Shown: positions 31,320 to 41,745 of the stretch, one piece after another
Numbering within the stretch: position 1 is the first letter of the stretch
Layout of the letters: each line of letters starts with the position of its first letter
Assembly (NCBI GenBank): GCA_963662315.1
Contig: OY759353.1
Span: forward strand, 2,848,001 to 2,912,000
Direction: 5' to 3'
Length of the DNA stretch: 64,000 nucleotides
Origin: Geopsychrobacteraceae bacterium
GTDB lineage: Bacteria > Desulfobacterota > Desulfuromonadia > Desulfuromonadales > Geopsychrobacteraceae
Notes under the pieces: model-generated
Seen by the model: only the letters and a program-made list of their open reading frames with translations
Told to the model about the DNA's origin: nothing
The model's database searches: none
Program-made: the position numbers and the translations under genes

Positions 31320-32669
31320 TTACAATGCCGGAAGAACTGGTGATCCAGAGGCACTGTCATTATGACTGAGGACAGCTTCGTCGCCTGCGCGTGGACTGAC
31401 ATCAGCCAGATTCAGTTCCCCATATGAGAGGTTTTGCTGTAAACCGGCCAGGCTGAACTTGCTGGCGGCATTCCATAGCATCCAGCCCGAGCTGCCACTC
31501 TGATCGCTGGCGTTGATCTGGGCATGGATATCTTCTGCGCGGTAAGAGCGACGATCAAAAGCATAGTCACGAAAGGCCTGTAACCAGGGACGGAACCTGA
31601 CCGGATCCAGGCCACTGAGCTTGACCCCTTTCCGCAGGGAATGAGCTATCACTTCATAATTATGGGCAACCGGAACAGCAAAACCAGGAATACCGTCGGG
31701 AAAGCCCGAGGGATAGAGCATCGGTGATAAATAATCAACATAGTTGCTCATTTCAACCAGACGTTGGCCGATCTTCTGATCCTTCGGTTTCCAGCAGATG
31801 TAACCAAAAATGTTGGCTGCCGTCATCACCGGATACGGAGCCAGCCGCTCCTTGGCCTGGGCCAAAAAGGTATTGATAGCGGATACCCGGTTGTCCCCGC
31901 TATTGGGCTGTGAAAAAAGCAGGTCAGAGCGCGCCGGAAAGCGAATATAGTCGAACTGGATTTCATCAAAACCAAGTACAGCGACTTCCTCAGCCAGGTC
32001 GATATTGTAATCTCTGACCTGCTGTTGAAATGGATCGGTCCAGGCAACCTGTTCGTTGTCGGTCCAGACTTCTCCTTCCGAAACCTGAACCGCAAGGCCG
32101 GGCCTTCCGTTTGCCAAGCGGCCATCTTTGAATACCGCCAGTCGGGCAATGGTATATATCCCCAGAGCCTTCAGCTGCGCTAAAAATTGCGGCAGGTCCT
32201 TCAGGGTTCTGGCACGCAATGCGCCAACCTTGCGTGGGAGAGACAGCTTGCTGGAAAAGGCAACATCGCCACGCGTCGATTTAATGTCAATGACCAGGGC
32301 ATTCATCCCGGTTTGGGCCAATAGCTGCAGCAGATGTTCGCGCCGGTCACGATTTTCCGCAGCCCAATAGGACAAATACAAGGCCTTGGGCGTAATCGGT
32401 TTCAACCTGATGTGCAAAGGAGCGCTATCAAGAACTCTGGTGGGCAGATACCCCGGTTTGCGGACCACCAGGACACCTGAACGACTGGTGACCGAGAAAT
32501 AACCATCAACATCACTGCTGACCTGATCTCCTTCGGTCCAGATATGGGCAGCATCAAGCTGAGCGCCGCTGACAGCATCATAAACATGGCCAAACAACTG
32601 CTCAGACTCGGCATATGAAAATGTCCAGCTAAACAGAATAATCAGCCATGTGCAGAGAACCTTTGCCAT
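31320..32669 (-). CDS. putative glycoside hydrolase (DUF4015-like)
   Basis: NALVIDIK, IAR..VFKD, GFDEIQFDYIRFP, SPMLYPS, RPWLQAF. Confidence 0.8.
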   Translation of the reverse strand: MAKVLCTWLIILFSWTFSYAESEQLFGHVYDAVSGAQLDAAHIWTEGDQVSSDVDGYFSVTSRSGVLVVRKPGYLPTRVLDSAPLHIRLKPITPKALYLSYWAAENRDRREHLLQLLAQTGMNALVIDIKSTRGDVAFSSKLSLPRKVGALRARTLKDLPQFLAQLKALGIYTIARLAVFKDGRLANGRPGLAVQVSEGEVWTDNEQVAWTDPFQQQVRDYNIDLAEEVAVLGFDEIQFDYIRFPARSDLLFSQPNSGDNRVSAINTFLAQAKERLAPYPVMTAANIFGYICWKPKDQKIGQRLVEMSNYVDYLSPMLYPSGFPDGIPGFAVPVAHNYEVIAHSLRKGVKLSGLDPVRFRPWLQAFRDYAFDRRSYRAEDIHAQINASDQSGSSGWMLWNAASKFSLAGLQQNLSYGELNLADVSPRAGDEAVLSHNDSASGSPVLPAL

Positions 32670-32743
32670 ACCGAACCCTTGCTTTAGAGCGATAGTTCCG
32701 CAGATAATCTGATTTTAAGTTATTTCTATTAATTAATAAACAT

Positions 32744-33658
32744 TTATTTTACTCCTCTCACAAAAGGTTCCTTGCGCAGGAACTTTTCACCCCATTCAAG
32801 AATTTTTGCGCTTAACAGATCAAGGGCTGGGGTGGCAATGTTCCAACGATGCCAGTAAAGTTTCACGGTGACCTCAGCACCTGGGATAAATTCCTGCAAA
32901 TGCCCTTTGTCCTGCAGTTCCTGCCCTTGCCAGGCCGGCACCATGCCATAGCAGCAACCCGCTGCTATCACCTGCAAATACTGATTGGGGGCAGGAATAT
33001 AGCTGGCTGGAAAAGTTACTGGCTGATCAGTTATGTATTTGTGAAGAAATTTTTGCTGCAGACCATCGCTGCGGTTAAATAACACAGCAGGTGCCCGTTC
33101 CAGAGCCTCGATAGTCAGCCCATCCGGAAACCAACGGTCCATAAATTCCGCAGTCGCCAGCAGGCGATAATGCATCTGGCCTAAATCATCCACCCGACAG
33201 CCCGGCAGAGCACGCGCTTCGGTACTGATACAACCGACGACATCACCATCTCGCAAATACCGCTGCGTCTGCTCCTGATCCGCAACCCGCAAATCAATAA
33301 GCAAGCTGGTCTCCTTAAGAAGCGGAATAACCGCATCGAGAAACCAGTAATCGAGACTGTCGGCATTAATACCAACAGCCAGCTGCTGCGGGGTAGTGGA
33401 TACTGCGCCGCCCAGGACCTGGTTCAGTCCTGTTTCAAGCATCCGTACCTGCTGAAAATGCTTGAGCAAAACTTTCCCAGCCTCGGTAGGACGGGGAGGA
33501 GTCGTGCGCGTCAGCAGCAACTGCCCACATTGGTCCTCGAGCAGACGAATGCGTTGAGACACCGCTGACTGAGTCAGAAACAGGACTTTGGCAGCACGTT
33601 CAAAACCACCTTCCTGAACCACCATGGCCAATGCATTGAGGAGTTTATAATCGATCAT
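32744..33658 (-). CDS. argP: LysR-family regulator ArgP/LysG
   Basis: TQSAVSQRI HTH, INADSL..WF, LYWH.W; divergent from lysE. Confidence 0.9.
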   Translation of the reverse strand: MIDYKLLNALAMVVQEGGFERAAKVLFLTQSAVSQRIRLLEDQCGQLLLTRTTPPRPTEAGKVLLKHFQQVRMLETGLNQVLGGAVSTTPQQLAVGINADSLDYWFLDAVIPLLKETSLLIDLRVADQEQTQRYLRDGDVVGCISTEARALPGCRVDDLGQMHYRLLATAEFMDRWFPDGLTIEALERAPAVLFNRSDGLQQKFLHKYITDQPVTFPASYIPAPNQYLQVIAAGCCYGMVPAWQGQELQDKGHLQEFIPGAEVTVKLYWHRWNIATPALDLLSAKILEWGEKFLRKEPFVRGVK

Positions 33659-33666
33659 GACATGAC

Positions 33667-33681
33667 ATTAGCAAATCTAAT
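33667..33681. promoter_or_regulatory. putative ArgP/LysR binding site
   Basis: ATTAG-N5-CTAAT dyad (T-N11-A) between argP and lysE. Confidence 0.55.
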
Positions 33682-33763
33682 CATATTGAAAAATAATTAA
33701 TTTTACTTTTATCAGTTCTCTCCCCTAGTCTGGCCCTAAATTTTGAGGACAGGGAGAAATGTC

Positions 33764-34366
33764 ATGTTATGGATATACTTGCAGGGTATCGGCGTTGGTG
33801 GCGGCCTGATTATCGCTATTGGAGCTCAGAATGCTTTTGTTCTTGCCCAGGGCATCCGACGTAATTATCCGCTGCAGACCGCTACTGTCTGCAGTCTGTG
33901 TGATGCCGTCCTGATTTTCCTGGGGGTCAGTGGGATCGGTGCTCTTTTGGCCACGAATAACCTGTTACGGCAGGGAGCGACCTGGCTGGGAATCATTTTT
34001 CTGCTCTGCTACGGCTGGCGCTCTTTCCGTTCGGCTATTGCCGGAGGGAACCTTGCCCCGCTTGAGTCAGGTCTGCTGTCACGCCCTAAACTGCTGTTAA
34101 CCACGCTGGCGCTGACGCTGCTGAATCCTCATGTCTATGTCGACACCATCCTCCTGCTCGGCAGCCTTGGTGGTCGCTTGCCCTATGACCAGCGCTACAT
34201 CTTTGCCGCCGGGGCAATGACGGCCTCAGTGCTCTGGTTTTTCACTTTGAGCCTGGGAGCGGGATTCCTCGCCCCGCTGTTCCGCCGCCCCAAGGCCTGG
34301 CGCTACCTTGACAGTGTTGTCTGTCTGACCATGTGGGGTATTGCTGTATCACTGATGTGGACCTGA
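33764..34366 (+). CDS. argO: LysE/ArgO amino-acid exporter
   Basis: IAIGAQNAFVL.QG, LLNPHVY.DT. Confidence 0.9.
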   Translation: MLWIYLQGIGVGGGLIIAIGAQNAFVLAQGIRRNYPLQTATVCSLCDAVLIFLGVSGIGALLATNNLLRQGATWLGIIFLLCYGWRSFRSAIAGGNLAPLESGLLSRPKLLLTTLALTLLNPHVYVDTILLLGSLGGRLPYDQRYIFAAGAMTASVLWFFTLSLGAGFLAPLFRRPKAWRYLDSVVCLTMWGIAVSLMWT

Positions 34367-34624
34367 GCCAGCCTGATCACCAACGCACTAACCTTGACAC
34401 TAAATAGACATTACCCTCTTGACAAACAATGACTAGCAATGTACTTCATAAAATGCATGACCAAGGGGGGGGACTCTGCAAGATAGACATCACTTAAAGA
34501 CACCGGTGACATGACCGGCATGTCCATATTTATTCTTCTGCGCAGTTCCTATTTTTTCCGTTTCATCACATGGATTGCTCACGCGAATCACCTCAAACGG
34601 CGATTCCTGGCAGAATAAAAACAG

Positions 34625-35701
34625 ATGCGTACGCCAAATCAAGGAACGACTCAGCAACGAAACAAGAGTGAAACGCCCATCGGTATTACGGCAACGGGAC
34701 TGGCCTGTGTCTATGGCGATCATCCCGCCGCGCTGCTGGGTGGGGTTGCAACCCGTATAAAGGGCAGCGAAGCCTCAACCCGTTTTAAGCTGGCTTTACC
34801 CTACAGTGAAGGGCAATTCGCTCCGATGCTGGTCGCTCCATGTCCACAGCTACCAGACTCTCTGTCAATGCCCCAGCAGCGCATCAACACGCTCGCGACC
34901 ATGGCCTTGACACAGCTGCTCAATGACGTACCGGATGCAGAGGGGCCCACCCGCCTGGTGTTACTGGTTCCGTCCACCACCACCATACGCGGGAAACAGC
35001 TTGATCATTCCGCTTTAGCTCACACATTGTCCGCGTGCCACCCGCATGCAGCCCACCTGCGCATCGACATCATCAGCACTGACCAAGCCCCCAACCTGCT
35101 CGACGAATGCTGCCGCGAACTACAACAACAGTCGCAACAACGGATTATTTTCGGCGGCGTAGACTCCCTGGTGGATGACGGCACCTGCATGCAGCTGGTC
35201 CAAGAAGGCCAAGCCATGACACAACAGCATGATCAGGGGATTATCCCTGGCGAGGCCGCTGCATTTGTCTGCCTTGAGTCCCCTCAAAACAGCAGCTGCA
35301 CCGCTGTTTTGAGTACCTGCCATAGCGCCCCGGAACCAAATACCGGCAAAGGGGGGCATACCAGCCTGAAAGGATTAAGTACGGCCATCAAAACATGTCT
35401 GGCCAAAAGCCCAGCCGCAGCAACGCTTGATTGCTGCATTCTCCCCTTTGGCAGTTCCATGGCCGACGCCTTCGAATGGTATCAGGCCGTCGAACAGTGT
35501 TGGCCGCAGCAGCTTAAAAAATTCCACGAAGAACTCCGTCCACGCCAGTTTATCGGTGATATCGGGGCCGCAACACTGCCCTTATACCTTATCCTTGGCC
35601 GGGAGCGATTCACATTCAGTTTTGATCCACTTGAGCAGCTATTCATCTGTACCGCAACGCCAGAATCCTGGCGAACTGCGATTCTGTTAAGCAAACCATA
35701 A
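34625..35701 (+). CDS. thiolase/beta-ketoacyl-synthase-like protein (PRK06147-type secretion adaptor)
   Basis: GGVDSL, IPGEAAAF and GDIGAA motifs; directly upstream of DUF4150. Confidence 0.7.
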   Translation: MRTPNQGTTQQRNKSETPIGITATGLACVYGDHPAALLGGVATRIKGSEASTRFKLALPYSEGQFAPMLVAPCPQLPDSLSMPQQRINTLATMALTQLLNDVPDAEGPTRLVLLVPSTTTIRGKQLDHSALAHTLSACHPHAAHLRIDIISTDQAPNLLDECCRELQQQSQQRIIFGGVDSLVDDGTCMQLVQEGQAMTQQHDQGIIPGEAAAFVCLESPQNSSCTAVLSTCHSAPEPNTGKGGHTSLKGLSTAIKTCLAKSPAAATLDCCILPFGSSMADAFEWYQAVEQCWPQQLKKFHEELRPRQFIGDIGAATLPLYLILGRERFTFSFDPLEQLFICTATPESWRTAILLSKP

Positions 35702-35724
35702 ACCAATCATGGGAGGGGAACCCA

Positions 35725-36261
35725 ATGGCAAAAGGCAATGTTCTGATCAATGGCCGCACTGCGGTGCACAAAGGAAGCAAAGGGGTATTAACCACAATCG
35801 ATGTGTGTTTGACCAAAATCGGTAAGCCCGTCGTTCCCATTCCTTATACCAATATCGCCCGCAGCGAAGACGCAGCCCAAACCGCCAGTACCGTGTTTAT
35901 CAACGGCCACCCCGTCTGTCACAAAGATTCCATTTTTGCCAAAAGCACCGGCGATGAGCCGGGCAACCGCAAAGGGATCAAAAGCGGCACCATCACTGAA
36001 AAAGCTGAATTCATCACCGCTTCGGGCAATGTTTTTATCGAAGGCAAAGCCGCCGTGCGCCAGGGCGACCTGATGGTCAGCAACAACCGTAACACCGCCC
36101 CCATGCCCCTGTCCCAACCAGGGGCCGAACGTCCCCAAAAAGTGTCCATTAAAGACGTCGACCAACTGCAAGACACCAAACCGGATGAACAACTTGAAGT
36201 CGGACATGCAGGAGAAGCCAACCCCTTGCTGAAAGGGCTCTCACGCGGAGAAGACGCATGA
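35725..36261 (+). CDS. DUF4150 PAAR-like spike protein
   Basis: DVCLT, PIPY.N, STGDEPG..KG..SG, V.IEGK..VR..D. Confidence 0.9.
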   Translation: MAKGNVLINGRTAVHKGSKGVLTTIDVCLTKIGKPVVPIPYTNIARSEDAAQTASTVFINGHPVCHKDSIFAKSTGDEPGNRKGIKSGTITEKAEFITASGNVFIEGKAAVRQGDLMVSNNRNTAPMPLSQPGAERPQKVSIKDVDQLQDTKPDEQLEVGHAGEANPLLKGLSRGEDA

Positions 36262-39200
36262 AACGTCACACCCGCCTCGCCACCTATATCGATGGGGATA
36301 ATCCGCAGCGTTACCGGGAAATGATCATCGGCGATCTCAGCGCCGGGATGAAACGCCTGACCCTGGTGTTTAACGATAATGAGATCGACAGCGAAGATAT
36401 TGAAGATCATGAATATATCGTCCTGCCCCTGGGTAAGAGCAAAACCGTCCCCAAAGACAAGCCTAAGCCCGAAAGCCCGGCCGAATACAATAATTTTTTA
36501 GTTCCCTTAGTGGTCAAACGCCACGGCAGTAGCGATTTCGACCTCGCCAAAGGCAAAGAACTGCGCCAGGGGTGGTTGTACATCTACTGCAACGGTTACC
36601 TGTGGCGCGAAATGATGATCGACAGCCACGCCTTCACCTTCGACGTCAACCTGCGCCGCTACCAAGGGCAGGAGTTTCGCCCTGCCACCGGCGAAGCCGA
36701 TTGCCGGGTCATGGTGCCGTGGAAAATCGGCGGCGTGCGCCAGACCATCGAAATAGCTTACTCAGAAGTCCAGTGGAGCTGGGCCCGCATTAACGCCTTA
36801 GGCGGAATGAACCCCGACAAAGACTATGAAATCCGCATCAAGGACAGCACCCCGTTAGCCCAGGACGACCCGGCCACCTGCGGCCAAAGACGTAAAGAGC
36901 GCATGCAGGATATCAGCGACGAACTGGACCAATGGGTTTTGAACGACGGTGAAAGCACCGCCAACATCGTCCATATCGACAACGCCACAGCCGACATTTA
37001 CAGCCTCAACCTGCACACCAAAGGGGCCTTACCGGTAGTGTTTATCGATGATCCTCTAGGCCATGCCCGCGACCTGATGCAGCAGATAAACCGAGAAGTT
37101 CAGGAACTTGGCACCCAGGTCAAACGGATTGGCCAGAAGGATTTCTACGACAGCGCCATTATTGCCTACAATCTGTTTTTTGATCCAAAGAATGCGGGTC
37201 AATATGTTGAAACCGGTCGAGCAAGACCAGGTCACGAGCGTCCCAAACGCTTTGAAAAAAATCTGTTTGGCCAATGCGGCGACAAGACCGACCGCAACAA
37301 AATAGAAGAACTTCTTGAAGTCGCCAGCCGTAAACAGCGCCGCCAGACAATTCGTAACCTGCAATATGAACTGGTGCGCTGGCTGGATGGCTGTAATCCG
37401 CAAGGGGAACCAATCAGCCGCGACGGCTTTATCAGCTACAACAGCATGATGCTCGATTACTTCACGGCCCATGGCGAGCTGTATGCAACCTCGTGGCTGG
37501 TCAAAAACGATATTATCAGTACCCTCAGTATCGAGCCCAGTACCTTCGATTACGAGCTCGACTTAGAAGAGAACCGGGAAGTTCCACCTCTGGCTTTCGA
37601 CTTGCGAGCAGCATATAAATACAGCCTGCTGGAAGAACACCACCCCCTGCACCATAAACTGTTTCCCAGCGAAGCACAGGCCCCCGTGCGCAGTGAAGAC
37701 CCGGTCGATCTTTCCAAAACGGAAAATGACGGTCTTGGCACCTTTCGCGCCGATGTGTTTGTTCCGCTTATGAATAACCGAGGGCAAATCGGCCGCCGCT
37801 TTGCCGGGGCCCTGAACCAGGCCATCAGTGACCTGAAAAGCCACTACACCAAACTGTGGCAGGACGCGTTAGAGACCAGAACCACGCAACGCTTTGACGT
37901 CTTCTTTCGACTCGACAAAGCCCTGAACCCAACAGAGCTTGAAAGCCTGCTGATTCAAACCATTGATGAGATCAGTGACGACCGCATCATCCTGCAGGCC
38001 AAAGCCTGCGAACTAAGAGCATTAGAGCACGAAGCCGCAGTCCAAATGCTTAAAAAGGAAAAGCTGAAAATCCGTCAGGGGCAGACCACCAAGGCCATAA
38101 CTCTGGTTGACGAAGCCGGGGAAACCATCGGCTCCACCGACATCGCCCACCTGGCCCATAACAAAGGCACCATGGTCAGCACCGCCGCCGCCCTTGAAAA
38201 CGCGCCCCTGTCCAAACTCAAAATCCGCCAGGCTATCGGACACAGTCAATTCGAAGTAACCACCATAACCAAAAGCTCCCGCCTTGCCCGCGCCCTGGAA
38301 GTTCCAGAACTTGAAAGCAATGTGGATATCAAAGTCAAAGCAAGCGCAATCCGCACCATGCGCAAGACCCTGCTACCAGCGGTTATTCTGTTTGAAATTT
38401 GGAATTTGAATGCGTCGTATGCGGCTTTTGAAAAAGCCGCAGCAGCAAAACAAGATCAAGTTCAAAAATTTGTTGATCTTGCAAATGCCAGCACCGACCT
38501 CGCCTTTGCCATCATGGAAGGGATCCAAGCATTGACCAGCAACGAGTCCCTTCACATCTTCTTGGCAGAAGATGCCGTCTCAATCTTTGATATTAAGGTC
38601 GGCTTAGCTCCCTTCACGGGTTTTGGTACAGGTATTTTCAGTGGCATTCTTTCACTCCGTGAATGCTTATATGCCGTGAAATACAACGATAACGATACAG
38701 CTGTCGGCCATGCCGTTATGGCCTCAGGGTTCTTTCTGGCGAGTCTTGCTATAGCTGGCGGTACAGATCTAGCCATTAAAATTCCTCTCTTGAGTGCGTT
38801 CCCTCCCCTCTTATGGGTGTTTACCGGGATTATCTTTCTTGGTGCGGGAATCGTCGCATTATGCCAGGATGAACCGATTGAAAGGTGGGCAGCCAATGGC
38901 CCCTTTAGCCTTGTTGAGGGGGCTGAAGAGCTGAGCTACCTGCGCACCAACCCCAAAATCAGCCAACAGGTATTGTGCAATGCCTTATATACGCCCCAGA
39001 TAAGTGGCCGCAACATAACAACCCCCATTTACACCGCCTGTCAAAAGGGGGATTTCGAGGTGACTATCAGCCTGCCTAAATTTCGCCTTGGGTTTAACGA
39101 CCTGGACGTGCGTGCCAGTTGGGAGGTTCACACAACCCTGGCCAGCGGCTTGAGCAGCTACCCGCAACAAACTGTTTATCCCTATATGATCCAGCAACTC

Positions 39201-39497
39201 ACCGATGACAGTCGCCGCATCACCGGGTTCAAATATTTCTACAGCCCGCCTCAGCGCAAAACAGCCCGTCCTTTGTGGCAGGCCAAAGCCCGCCTGTTTA
39301 TGGATAACGACCTTATCCTGCCGGACGGCGAACGCAAACATGTAACCGGTGAACTGCTGCTAGCAGAAGCTGTACAAAAACCGGTTAAAAGAGCAGAGGA
39401 ATCGGATACCGCCTTCTTGCAACGCTGGGAAAAACATCACCAGCAGGAAGAAGCCATCAACCCCAAACAACCCGGTTGGGTCTACACAACAAACTAA
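36258..39497 (+). CDS. MIX/VasX-like polymorphic toxin with hydrophobic (probably pore-forming) C-terminal domain
   Basis: LRQGWLYIY and YSEVQWSW MIX-like motifs; DDPLG; Gly/Ala-rich hydrophobic helices near the C-terminus; ATGA overlap with DUF4150. Confidence 0.8.
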   Translation: MKRHTRLATYIDGDNPQRYREMIIGDLSAGMKRLTLVFNDNEIDSEDIEDHEYIVLPLGKSKTVPKDKPKPESPAEYNNFLVPLVVKRHGSSDFDLAKGKELRQGWLYIYCNGYLWREMMIDSHAFTFDVNLRRYQGQEFRPATGEADCRVMVPWKIGGVRQTIEIAYSEVQWSWARINALGGMNPDKDYEIRIKDSTPLAQDDPATCGQRRKERMQDISDELDQWVLNDGESTANIVHIDNATADIYSLNLHTKGALPVVFIDDPLGHARDLMQQINREVQELGTQVKRIGQKDFYDSAIIAYNLFFDPKNAGQYVETGRARPGHERPKRFEKNLFGQCGDKTDRNKIEELLEVASRKQRRQTIRNLQYELVRWLDGCNPQGEPISRDGFISYNSMMLDYFTAHGELYATSWLVKNDIISTLSIEPSTFDYELDLEENREVPPLAFDLRAAYKYSLLEEHHPLHHKLFPSEAQAPVRSEDPVDLSKTENDGLGTFRADVFVPLMNNRGQIGRRFAGALNQAISDLKSHYTKLWQDALETRTTQRFDVFFRLDKALNPTELESLLIQTIDEISDDRIILQAKACELRALEHEAAVQMLKKEKLKIRQGQTTKAITLVDEAGETIGSTDIAHLAHNKGTMVSTAAALENAPLSKLKIRQAIGHSQFEVTTITKSSRLARALEVPELESNVDIKVKASAIRTMRKTLLPAVILFEIWNLNASYAAFEKAAAAKQDQVQKFVDLANASTDLAFAIMEGIQALTSNESLHIFLAEDAVSIFDIKVGLAPFTGFGTGIFSGILSLRECLYAVKYNDNDTAVGHAVMASGFFLASLAIAGGTDLAIKIPLLSAFPPLLWVFTGIIFLGAGIVALCQDEPIERWAANGPFSLVEGAEELSYLRTNPKISQQVLCNALYTPQISGRNITTPIYTACQKGDFEVTISLPKFRLGFNDLDVRASWEVHTTLASGLSSYPQQTVYPYMIQQLTDDSRRITGFKYFYSPPQRKTARPLWQAKARLFMDNDLILPDGERKHVTGELLLAEAVQKPVKRAEESDTAFLQRWEKHHQQEEAINPKQPGWVYTTN

Positions 39498-39506
39498 GGA
39501 TCCTTA

Positions 39507-40433
39507 ATGGATAACATGATTCAATACACCGACACCGCCTACACTCTGGCAAAAAAGAATGGGCTTAAACCTCCGGACCCAGCCCTGTGGAAAGGGGCCC
39601 AACGCCATTTCCGTGCCATACCACTCCCCAATGGCATCTTTTGTGGAGATTTCCGCTCTAAGGTCCTTTCCAGAGAGATACGTGCATTAAAACGTGATAA
39701 ACAGCCCCAAGAAAAACTGACTGAACTGCGTATAGGGTTTGGCTGTAATCCGCTTGCTATAATCATGGCCTTCAGAGTGATGGCTGCAATTTTTGCGGTG
39801 CTGGGTCTTTTTATGATTTTACTAGTCATATTTAGTGGAATTCCATTAGAGTTATATGTTTTTTCTTTTTTTCTAGGGGGGGGGGGGGCATTTATTTTCT
39901 TCCATCTGCTCACCAAGATTGTTCCTGATAAAAACAACATTACCGTCAACCGCGCCACCGGCATGATCAGTTTTCCAAAAATTGGTCGCAGGCCAGCCCA
40001 GGAACTCCCCTTTGCCGAATTTGATGCCTACTACAGCAGTAGCCTCTATCCAACCGGTACCGTCCATTATATTTTATGTATTTGCCACCGATACACCCCT
40101 GCATTCTTATCTCAGGGCAATACAGTTCGTACTAAGAATTTGTTTATCAACTGGGAGTTCCTCCAGCAACTTATGGATGTCAACTTACCATTACCTGATA
40201 TCCCCAGATTCGAACCCCTGCGACACCTTGATCCGACCACCAAAGCCTGGGACGAAGAACACGGCCGTGACCCCAATTACTGGAAAAATTATGACCTGCG
40301 CAACCAGCGTAAAGATCGCGAAGCATCCTTCCGTAAACAAGACAAAATCGATTGGCACAGCCTGCCAACCGATCACGTACCACCAGAAACCAAAGCCAGA
40401 GCGTCCAGAATGGCGCAACTGTTTAAGGAATAG
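39507..40433 (+). CDS. cognate immunity protein 1 (type A; two-TM, DUF6708-like by recollection)
   Basis: 9 nt after the toxin stop; TM hairpin; NRATG and LPLPDIP motifs; six paralogs downstream. Confidence 0.8.
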   Translation: MDNMIQYTDTAYTLAKKNGLKPPDPALWKGAQRHFRAIPLPNGIFCGDFRSKVLSREIRALKRDKQPQEKLTELRIGFGCNPLAIIMAFRVMAAIFAVLGLFMILLVIFSGIPLELYVFSFFLGGGGAFIFFHLLTKIVPDKNNITVNRATGMISFPKIGRRPAQELPFAEFDAYYSSSLYPTGTVHYILCICHRYTPAFLSQGNTVRTKNLFINWEFLQQLMDVNLPLPDIPRFEPLRHLDPTTKAWDEEHGRDPNYWKNYDLRNQRKDREASFRKQDKIDWHSLPTDHVPPETKARASRMAQLFKE

Positions 40434-40442
40434 TGCTGGTGA

Positions 40443-40535
40443 GTTCTTTGACAATTGAATACCCCCTTTTGGGGATAACGCTTGGATCTTTGTTCTTCTT
40501 TGCATGAGACAGTTTTTGGGTTTCGTGTTTCGCCC
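40443..40535 (+). promoter_or_regulatory. module junction repeat 1 with boxA-like motif
   Basis: GTTCTTTGACAATTGAATA + CCCC/GGGG hairpin + conserved T-rich spacer. Confidence 0.6.
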
Positions 40536-40738
40536 TGTGGCAAGCCAAAGCCAGTCTGCAACGGTTCGATGGCAAACGCGAAGACGTTACCGGCCGCTTA
40601 TTCATCCCGGAATTATCCAAGCCGGAAAAACAACCGGAGCAGACCAGTGCCGAATATGAACTGGCCCTGCAGAAGTACCGCGACCAGTTAAATCATATTG
40701 ACCCCAAAGTCCCCGGCTGGGTCTACACCACCAACTAA
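40536..40738 (+). pseudogene. orphan effector 3' tail, type B (18-nt in-frame deletion)
   Basis: Homologous to 44298-44518; ends PGWVYTTN*. Confidence 0.8.
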
Positions 40739-40747
40739 GGTTACACG

Positions 40748-41677
40748 ATGCCTAAAATGATTGAATACACAGATACTGCCTACACCTATGCACAGAAAAA
40801 GGCCCTCCTCCCGGCTGTCCCCGTGGCCTGGACAGGGATGCAGAAGCGCTTTCGTAAATGTCCATTACCCGGTGGAGTTCATTGTGGTGATTTTCGCCTT
40901 CTTCTTAGTGAAGCTTTCCTGGAAGGAATGAAATCGGGGAAATTACGTAATGGGGACCTGGAACAGGTCCGTATCAGCTTCATCGACAACCCGTTAGTTT
41001 ATATGTATATTTTACGCTTTATGGCTGGATTTTTGGCATCATGTTCTTTTGTGCTATTTATACTTTTCTCTTTCTCTATAAAATCTTTTGATGGGATCTT
41101 TTTTGTTTTTTTTCTTATAACTGGGGGGGCTTGGCTAATTTTCCACTACCTCACCAAGATTGTCCCCGACAAAAACAACATTACCTTAAACCGTGCTACT
41201 GGTATGATTTGTTTTCCGCTCCGGAAAAAAGCACCTGCGAGAGAAATGCCCTTTGCCGAATTCGATGGTTATTACCACACAACCACATCTCCCGTCGGAG
41301 TTGTCCGTTATCAATTGTGCTTGGGGCACCGCTATTCGCCAACTAGTGTCATGCATGGCGGCGGCGTGGATACTGACATTGAATCGATCTATGCCCTCTG
41401 GGAAAAGCTGCAGCAACTGATGGACATCAATCTTCCCCTGCCTGACCTGCCTGAATTCGAACCATTCCGGCAACAGGACCCTACCACCAAAGCCTGGGAT
41501 GAAAAACATGGGCGCGATCCTGATTACTGGAAAAAGATGAACCCCGACTGGCTGCCGGACTTGCGCCGCGAAGGTTACGAAGCCCTGAAAGCCGTCGACT
41601 GGAGCCTGCTGCCCCGCGATCATGTGCCATCGGCAGAAGCTATTGAAGAGGCCCGCAGGACCGCACGACGCAGATAA
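40748..41677 (+). CDS. orphan immunity protein 2 (type B)
   Basis: Paralog; MPKMIEYTD...ARRR. Confidence 0.8.
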   Translation: MPKMIEYTDTAYTYAQKKALLPAVPVAWTGMQKRFRKCPLPGGVHCGDFRLLLSEAFLEGMKSGKLRNGDLEQVRISFIDNPLVYMYILRFMAGFLASCSFVLFILFSFSIKSFDGIFFVFFLITGGAWLIFHYLTKIVPDKNNITLNRATGMICFPLRKKAPAREMPFAEFDGYYHTTTSPVGVVRYQLCLGHRYSPTSVMHGGGVDTDIESIYALWEKLQQLMDINLPLPDLPEFEPFRQQDPTTKAWDEKHGRDPDYWKKMNPDWLPDLRREGYEALKAVDWSLLPRDHVPSAEAIEEARRTARRR

Positions 41678-41684
41678 TGGTTTA

Positions 41685-41745
41685 GTTCTTTGACAATTGA
41701 ATACCCCCTTTTTGGGGGGAAAGTTTGAATCATTCCTATTCGAAA
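41685..41745 (+). promoter_or_regulatory. module junction repeat 2 (short variant) with boxA-like motif
   Basis: GTTCTTTGACAATTGAATA + CCCCC-TTTTT-GGGGG. Confidence 0.6.

Noticed and set aside
40448..40476. TTGACA in the junction repeat as a sigma70 -35 giving each module its own promoter
   Set aside because: The hexamer at 16-18 nt spacing is G-rich (GGGGAT), not a -10, and copy 4 has TTGATA. Disfavoured but not excluded without TSS data.
41725..41745. TTG start making the long orphan toxin an expressed 512-aa gene
   Set aside because: Homology begins at 41746 and the putative RBS lies in the junction hairpin; treated as a silent module, though low translation cannot be excluded.
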